NCBI RefSeq assembly: GCF_004010195.1
Contig: NC_057719.1
Location: 30,313,853 to 30,377,852 of the forward strand
Length of the DNA: 64,000 nt
DNA from: Chiloscyllium plagiosum
Lineage: Eukaryota
Direction of reading: 5' to 3'
How positions within the stretch are numbered: the stretch's first letter is position 1; every line of letters begins with the position of its first letter. The position numbers and the translations under genes were made by a program. Shown here piece after piece: positions 56,094 through 64,000 of this stretch. Under the pieces are notes generated by a model. It searched no databases. It was not told the DNA's origin and was given only the letters and a program-made list of their open reading frames with translations.

Positions 56094-56852
56094 TAACTTA
56101 AAATTAAAATTAAAAATATATTGTTGAAAAATATATTTGCCAAAACTTTCTTCCAAATGTATTTACTTTCAAATGATAACCTGTGTATATTCTCTCTATC
56201 ATTTACAATATTTTATGTAAATCAAAGCTATCTTAAGCATGCTTCTCATTGCAAGGCTAAACTGTAAATGTTTACTGCTTCCCTTTAACATGGATCTCTA
56301 AATTTTTCTCATGGGTCATGCTCTTTACTCTTGAGTCAGGTTTCTTTTCTTTTTCATTTTTGATCTATGTATTATAACCTTTCAAAAGCAAATTACTGTA
56401 GATCCCAGAAATTTAAATTTATGCAGTACATGCAGGAACCTCTGTGAAGAGCTAAACAGTTAATAACTTGAATCTTCTGATATTAGGAGTCACAATTACT
56501 GAAATCAAGAATTCTTGGAACTCTGAGCAAGTCCCAAGTTGAAAATCCACTCAGTACTATACTTACATGAATAATTTAAGCTTCTGATTGCCAATTATAC
56601 CCTTCCTTGACTGTTCCACAATGACCAGAAAAGATGTATTTAAAGTTTTCAGAGTAGATAAAAAGTGTGCTCAGCAGCGTATAACTAAGTAGATCATCTA
56701 GAGCTTCAAAGCACAACAGCAACCACAACTATGTTCACATCCACCCAGCTTTGCACACTCTGTTCACCACTGAATCTAGAAGCAGAAGTTGAAGCAGCTC
56801 CAGTGTAAAATGGTAAGTGGGCAAATGAAATCACAGACAGCAGTTAGAACAC

Positions 56853-56880
56853 CTGATGAAGGGCTTTTGCCCGAAACGTC
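56853..56880 (+). ncRNA. minimal type I hammerhead ribozyme-like core (activity doubtful)
   Basis: CUGAUGA-A-GGGC(UUUU)GCCC-GAAAC-GUC; palindromic ACGU in place of stem III; stem I largely lost in this copy. Confidence 0.55.
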
Positions 56881-56982
56881 GATTTTACTGCTCCTCGGAT
56901 GCTGCCTGAACTGTGCTGTGCTTTTCCAGCACCACTAATCCAGAATCTGGTTTCCTGCATCTGCAGTCATTGTTTTTAACTG
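56854..56982 (+). mobile_element. single-arm Penelope-like element with intact hammerhead core
   Basis: 11-bp TSD GTTAGAACACC at 56843-56853 and 56983-56993; body homologous to the 16962-17038 arm. Confidence 0.85.
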
Positions 56983-57672
56983 GTTAGAACACCCTGTTCA
57001 ACCTTGTCTCACTTGAGGCATTGAATGGAGTAATGCACACACGGTCTCTATTTTCCAGCTGAAAATTTACCCCAATGCTCTTTTGGGAGTGAAACAGGTT
57101 TATGTCAATCAGAAATATTGAACTCTAGCTCACTACTTATTTTCCTACCTTTGCTGATGATATTTTAGCTCTGCTGTTAAAACCAGGTGAGGGGAGAGTG
57201 AACTGGCTCCCCCGCTTTCAACCTCTTATTTGATATGACAAAGGTTTAAGTTCTGTTTGAGCACATACCACTACCTTTCTCCATTTAAAATGCTAACTAA
57301 TTCGTACTAATCAATAAGGAGCCAATCACAAGACTTCCTTGAATTAAAGAACAATTGATCACCTAATCCTGAAAAAAATGAAGATGAAAGTTCAACATGT
57401 AGCCTTTGTGCAATCACTTAGGCCTTTACTGGCTTTTAGACAGTTAAATTGGTTGTGTCCAGTTTATTAGTCTGGCTATTAAACAGTCAGTGGTAACAAA
57501 TAATGCAGTTATCGTTTATGTTATCAACTTCCTCCTGTTTCTTTCCAATCAGGCCTGTAACTGTATGCTTTACTACTTGAGACAGAAAGAGGGCCTTTTC
57601 TAGTTCTAGTTTCAGTTCTGTTGTCTAAAATCCAACATGACCTTGAAAAATAGCTTGAATATACTGGTTGTA

Positions 57673-57761
57673 GAGCTTTTGCCCAAAACATCGATTTTCC
57701 TGCTCCTCAGATGCTGCCTGAACTGCTGTGCTTTTCCAGTATCTGCAGTCCTTGTTTTTGC
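57673..57761 (+). mobile_element. truncated Penelope-like element
   Basis: gcttttgcccaaaacatcgattttcctgctcc...; TSD ctggttgta (57664-57672) and ctgattgta (57762-57770). Confidence 0.75.
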
Positions 57762-57989
57762 CTGATTGTATATTCCCAGTATGCTGAAGATTTATTTTTT
57801 ATATTGAAGCTCAATCTTCAATATGTGGAAACTCTTAAAATGGTGTGAATCAAAGCGTGAAATGAAATTTTGTTTTTTTTTGACTCCAAGGATTGGGGGC
57901 AGAAATAGCTTTGCTTTCCTTTGGATAAAATGTTAATTTTATTATGGATTTCATAAATTTAGCCAATCTATGGATTAGGTAATACATGT

Positions 57990-58490
57990 GGCCATTTTAA
58001 TTCATGAGTTGAAGGAAGATAGTATAAGTGAGAAGATTGTACTTGAGGGATTAATGGGGCTGAAAGTTGGTAACTTCTCAGGTCCCGATAATCAACATCC
58101 CAAACTGTTGAAGTCGATGCCTATTGAGATAGTTGATGTATTGATGATTATCTTCCAAAATTCCATTGATTAGGGAAAGAGTTCAGCAGATCGGAAGCTT
58201 GCAAATGTCACGGCATTAGGTAAGAAGACAGCAAGAGGAAAAACAGTAAAAATCAGACTCGTCAGCTTTGTACAAATAGTAGGGAAAATGCTAAACATGA
58301 TAAATGATCACTTAGATATTTAAAAAAGGTCACATTAGGCATAGTCACTATGGGTTTGTGAATGGAAAATTGCACTTTACAAATTTGAAGGCTTTTTGAA
58401 GATGTTACTAACAAAATGAATGGAGTTGACGGATGCAGTATATCTGGATTTTCAGAAGGCTTTTGATCAGACACCTCACTGCAGGCTGTT
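57990..58490 (+). mobile_element. degenerate CR1 fragment
   Basis: SGPDNQHPKLLK, tctggattttcagaaggcttttga. Confidence 0.8.
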
Positions 58491-58619
58491 TAGTTTTCTT
58501 TATTGATTCATTGGGTGAGGCGTCACTGGCTAGGCTGGCATTTATTGCCCACAGGGCAGTTAAGAGTCAACCACATTGCTGTGGGTCTTGAGTCACATGT
58601 AGGCCAGACCAGGTAAAGA

Positions 58620-58743
58620 TGCATTAGTCAGGGGTAAATGTAGAGTAATAGTGGTAGAGGAATCAGTCTGGGTCTCTTTGGATGGGTCGGTATGGACTTG
58701 TTGGATCTGTTTCCATACTGTACGGATTCTATAATTCTATAAT
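58620..58743 (+). mobile_element. HE1-like SINE 3' fragment
   Basis: gcattagtcagggg...tgtttccatactgtacggattctataattctata. Confidence 0.7.
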
Positions 58744-59338
58744 CGTTTTAGTCCATTTTTAAATCAATTTCACCAGTTCATATGTTATTGCGAACATCTC
58801 ACTTGATTTGAAAACAATTTTTTTTAAACATCATTTTTCTGAATGCTTTTTAAACGCAACATTACCCATTTATTTTAATTTGAAACTGGGTTAATTTTCA
58901 AAACTTTAAGATTAGCCTAATTTATTCCAAGAATGACTAGTAAATACACCGATTAGACTAGTAAATTATTCATTACAGTCTTAAGTAATTTTTGGTGGGG
59001 GTTGCTTGCATCAGAGTAGACGCTTAATAAAAGGCTTTTTTCTCTCATAAATCCATTTAAAGCAGTGTTAATAAAATATGTATGGGTACCATTGTCAAGT
59101 TTTTTTGTTTGGAAATGCTCTAATTTATTGTTTTAATGGCAGATTGAGATTTATGCAAACAGGAATGGCCAGAGCTCTGACTGTAGCTTAGAAAAATTAC
59201 CTCACATATATAAAAGCTGAAACTACACAAAGGCAAACTTAAGTCCATCTTCGTAACCAACAAACTAAAGAGTGGCCAAGTATCTGAAAAACTTCCAACT
59301 TGTAATATTACAAAATACAATAGTTATCATCAACTTAG

Positions 59339-59434
59339 AGTCGAGAGTGTGGTACTGGAAAAGCAGGTCAGGCAGCATCTGAGGAGCAGGAGAATCGATG
59401 TTTTGGGCATAAGCCCATCGTCAGGAATGAAGCT
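59339..59434 (-). mobile_element. single-arm Penelope-like element, antisense
   Basis: Reverse complement cctgacgatgggcttatgcccaaaacatcgattctcc; exact 9-bp TSD TCAACTTAG at 59330-59338 and 59435-59443. Confidence 0.82.
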
Positions 59435-59482
59435 TCAACTTAGGATGGATGTGACACAAAATTATGAAGCACAGATGTTTAA

Positions 59483-59713
<231 letters not shown>

Positions 59714-60524
59714 TAACTTCTTGAAATGTGGGTCAACTTTAGTTGGAAAAAAGCATATTTTCCAGTTGCAAATTTTTAAGATTCTCTCCCTAAGTTCCAG
59801 AAATATTTTACTGACAGGATGCTTAAGTGGCATTATAATCAGCTAACTCTAAAGTTCTTTGTTTACATAATATTTTCCAGAGAAATGTTACATTCCTGAT
59901 TTACATTACTCTTTTGTAATGCAGTTGTTAACTACCCTGTAACTTTCCATTAACTTCTGCACTTCTCCAAATCACTGCCCTCTTGCCTTCATTTTTTTAT
60001 CATTCAATCCTACCCACTCTACATTGCTGTTTCCTTCAGAAAACGTGCCTCTGGTCAGATAGCCTACCATTCCTTTCACAGAGCAATGACCGAATCATAC
60101 GGTAGAGGAACTGATAATTCAACCCATTGTGCTGATACCAGTTCTAATAATGAGCTACCTGATTAATCCCACACCTTCTCTAAGTATTTATTCAATTCTC
60201 ATTTCAATGTTATTAAATCAGTTTCTGTCATCCTTTTAGGGACACTCTTGCAAAGCACTTGTGATGAAATGATAACGGTAAATTGTATGTTGATTTAATT
60301 GAGTGAGTTCTTTAAAGGTAGCATGGTTGATGTTGAACATTATGCTCTTTCTAAAATTATCATTGAAGTATTTGATTTGTTAGCAAATTTAAAGCCCACA
60401 GGATGAGTGTTTGCAACTATGCTAATGAACAGACATTCCTGCAGATTGACCTGGACTTGAGTCTGAAAAAAATTTTATGAAACTTTGTTTACTATCTTGC
60501 TGTATTTTATACCTTCAATGATAT

Positions 60525-61048
60525 ATAAATTCTGGTCTCTCTCCTATCGGAAGGATGTTGCGAAACTTGAAAGGATTCAGAAAATATTTACAAGGATATT
60601 GCCAGGGTTGGAGGGTTTGAGTTACAGAGAGAGGCTGAATAAGCTGGGGCTGTTTTCCCTGGAGCATCAGAGGTTAAGGGGGAACCTTATAGACATTCAT
60701 GTAATTATAAGGGACATGGATAAGATAAATAGACAAAGTATTCTCCCTTGGGGAGGAGTCGTCGAGAAATTGAGGTCATAGATTTAGGAGGGAAAAATTT
60801 AAAAGGGACCCAAGGGCAACTTTTTCACACAAAGGGTGGTGCATGTATGGATTGAGCTGCCAGAGGAAGTGGTGGAGATTGATACTATTACAACATTTAA
60901 GAGGCATCTGGATGGCTTTATGATTAAGAGGAGCTTAGAGGGACGTGGGTCAAGTGCTGGCAAATGGGACTATATTAGGTTAGGGTATCTGGTTGACATG
61001 GATGAGTTGGACCAAAGGGTCTGTTTTGTGCTGTACGTCTCTACAACT
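60525..61048 (+). mobile_element. CR1 3' fragment
   Basis: ORFs 60485..60781 and 60836..61072 encode the CR1 C-terminus. Confidence 0.92.
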
Positions 61049-62562
61049 ACGTTGAGAGATAATATAAACTAAATGTTACAATTTTAAAATGAGGTGGAAG
61101 TTCAGAGCTGTGGTGTACATTCTCCTGTTTTGAAGGTATTAAAACAAGATAAGGCAGTTAAATGGTAAAAGACCCTCTGTTTCATAAATAGGATAGTACC
61201 CCACTAAAGCAGTTACGCAAAACCTTTGAAACACAAGTTTCATATCCAGTGAGTTTATTTTGCAAAGATGATGGGACCAAAGCTCATAAGATAAAACATC
61301 AAGGTTAAACCAAAACAAATAAGTCAGAAATTACTTATTAATTTGACTAAGATTTATTTTTAAAATGATGACCATAGAAAAATGAACAAAAGTTAATGAG
61401 GTACGGAAGAGTTAAAAGTAGCAGAAAGAAAAAAAAATTACACTGAGCTTTTATTTAAATAAGTTGTGGGCAGAGGGAGAAATGACCAGGTTTATTTATT
61501 TGAAGCTTTGGATGAACGGAAGTTAAGAAATGATGTCAAAACCATGTATCATGGGAGACAGTGACTGGAAATAGGTTAGGATTAGAGGATTTAGTAAAAA
61601 AAAAAGTAGCTTTTTCTATATTATTGCATATTATTTCACAGTTCTCTTCCATTTCAGACCTCCTTCATGCTTCTTGACTCATTTCTCTTTCCCTTTTGCA
61701 AATTGGTCTTGTACATGTACAAACTCTCCCTCATTACTTCTGCACTTTTATGTTCCATTGGTCTTGATTCATAATGCATCTGAGGCCACTGATTAACACA
61801 ATCACACGCATCCATCTTTGTTCTTTTGCTTGTTCCTCCACTATGGTCTTTCACACCTGCGCCTTTTATTTTTTGGTTTAATGATCCATCACATTATTAT
61901 TCCAGACAGCAAAGATAATCCTTGGTTTCATTTCTTGACTCCTTCAAGAGTGTTCTTAAAACTGAAACAACTGTTTAGTTGCTGCTGATCCTTTCCCTGT
62001 GTCGTCAAATGAAATCTCTCCCTAAGCTTTCCCTTGTCATAGTTCTGAACCCATATCTTTTCCATAGGATCAATCTTCTGTTTCCTTTATGCCATTTGCA
62101 TTGAATTTCTCAACTCATTTAAAACTCTGCCTGCATTTTAAATGGCACCAGGCCACCATTACCCATGTTCTTTCTGACCTACATTGATTCCATGAGACAA
62201 TGTCAAATTATCATTTTTTAAAAATCCCTGGTGGCCTCAGACCTAACTTTCAAGTCTGTACCCATTCCCCTCCTAACACTGTTCTTCACTCTGGCCTTTT
62301 TCTGCACACCCCTCCTTTTACCCTATTTAGCAGCTATGCCTTTCACTATCTATTTGTCACAATTTGGAGTTCCTACATAAATCTTTTTTGCTTAAGTTAT
62401 TACATTCTGAAACAATCTCTCCTAATAAGCCTTTCTTGATTCTGTCTCCCATTTTTGTTTAGTCATGTATGATGAACTGCTGTGCAATTTGTTTTACTGT
62501 TTTAAAAAAGATACTAATTCATTCAATTTGCTCTAACATACACATTGCTGCATAGCTGATAA

Positions 62563-62736
<174 letters not shown>

Positions 62737-62880
62737 TGAAAAAAAAGACAAGGTATTAGTGTAGGAATAAGTGTTTAGAAATGCAATGTACTGAGTAAAC
62801 AAAACTCCAAGAAGCTAAATGTCATTTCAAGAATTTATATTTAAAAAAGACTAAATTTTTATTTTTTTCCCCAATTCAAG

Positions 62881-62905
62881 TTTGTTTGTCTGGAAATGTT
62901 TATGA
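62881..62905 (+). CDS. EML5: EML5 terminal coding exon (S)LFVWKCL-stop
   Basis: ccccaattcaAG|TTTGTTTGTCTGGAAATGTTTATGA; TGA at 62903-62905. Confidence 0.93.
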
Positions 62906-62981
62906 AAATAGAAACAAAGAATACAAATGGCCATGAGAAAAAGCTTGGATCATAAAAGAAGAATCAAGATATTCATTACAA

Positions 62982-62987
62982 AATAAA
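62982..62987 (+). promoter_or_regulatory. candidate polyadenylation signal
   Basis: AATAAA about 77 nt after the stop; common in AT-rich DNA, so the real 3' end may be farther downstream. Confidence 0.3.
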
Positions 62988-63887
62988 GCTGGAAATGCTC
63001 AATGTATGAACATAAGGCAGCTAAGCACTATCTGCAAAACAATTTAAGAAGGCAGTTTGCTTTCAAAAGTATAAGATGATTTTCAGCTATCTTGGTTTAA
63101 GGCAATTTGTCAGATTTTCTACTGCACAGCTTTGTGTATATTGATGCAGTTGTAACAGTGTTCACGAACTTTAGGGCAGAGCTTGTATTCAAACTTCAAT
63201 ACTGGTGTACAAATTATTTTGACCATTCTACATCTATGGTCCTGTTGTCAAGGACACAATTGCTAAACAATCGTGTGGCAATGCCATGAAAATGGTTAAT
63301 TGAGTTCTATCAATATACAAATGAACAACATGCTGTAAGTATACTGCTAGTTATAACACAAGCTTAATATCTTCACTTTGTGCTGTAGTGGATTTGATAA
63401 GTAGCCTTAAAACAATGTGCTTTTCAAAATGTTGTAATGCTGCTGTCTTCTGAACAGACAGAATGGTATCTAGTGGCCTTCATCCTGAATGTACCAGCTG
63501 AGTAAAATTTGAATCAGTGTAAAATCTGAAGCAAGCATGCCAAAGTACACTATGCACTACTGTACCAATCACTGTGGCAACCTGAACAATTACATTTAGT
63601 TCAGTGTATAAAATGTTTCTAATTTTTATCATGTATTTGCAGGTATAAAATTGGCAATCCTGCAAATTATTATAATTTTTCCATTTATATAGTATACAAA
63701 TGAAATGCAGTTTCTTAAAGCACATAGTAAATGTGTGTTGTTTTGATGTGTATTCTACATATTAACAGCATCCCAGGGTGCAGTGTTATGAAGAATCACT
63801 AACTGTTGAACTGCTGGTTGTCTAAGTTTAACTGACGTCAAGCTTTGAGTAATAGCTAAACAATTTCTGTAATGTTAATATATATAA

Positions 63888-63972
63888 TGAATAGAGTAGA
63901 AATTTATTGTCACATGTACTTTTACATGAAAAATAGTGAAAAGTTTTATAAGTTGCCCCACCATGGCACCTA
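63888..63972 (-). mobile_element. terminal fragment of the bipartite element family
   Basis: tttattgtcacatgtac...gtgaaaagttttataagttgccccaccatggcacc matches the ends at 35672 and 36857. Confidence 0.55.
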
Positions 63973-64000
63973 CATCAATGACAATGTTTCATATGTTAAC

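Overview
Eukaryotic, AT-rich, repeat-dense DNA from a cartilaginous fish (shark-type CR1/HER1-like LINEs, HE1-like SINEs, Deu-domain SINEs). The window holds the 3' part of one + strand gene, EML5 (echinoderm microtubule-associated protein-like 5, WD40 beta-propeller protein). I reconstructed 17 coding exons (7944-62905; 1918 nt, about 638 codons plus TGA) whose splice phases all chain in frame. They include three microexons missed by the ORF track (15, 9 and 21 nt) and one GC-AG intron. The window starts inside an upstream intron. Introns are filled with nested mobile elements: many CR1 fragments, a second LINE family, an internally deleted Ty3/Gypsy provirus, two solo LTRs with 4-bp TSDs, Tc1/mariner- and Harbinger-like MITEs, and three SINE families. 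The most unusual signals are (i) a family of short, often palindromic insertions with 9-16 bp TSDs and a minimal hammerhead-ribozyme core (CUGAUGA-stem II-GAAAC-GUC), reminiscent of Penelope-like element termini, one copy being a perfect 45-bp hairpin; (ii) the tandem microexons with UGC motifs near their acceptors; (iii) a repeat family with shared ends but unrelated GC-rich middles. Family names come from recalled sequence similarity, not database searches, and repeat boundaries without TSDs are approximate.
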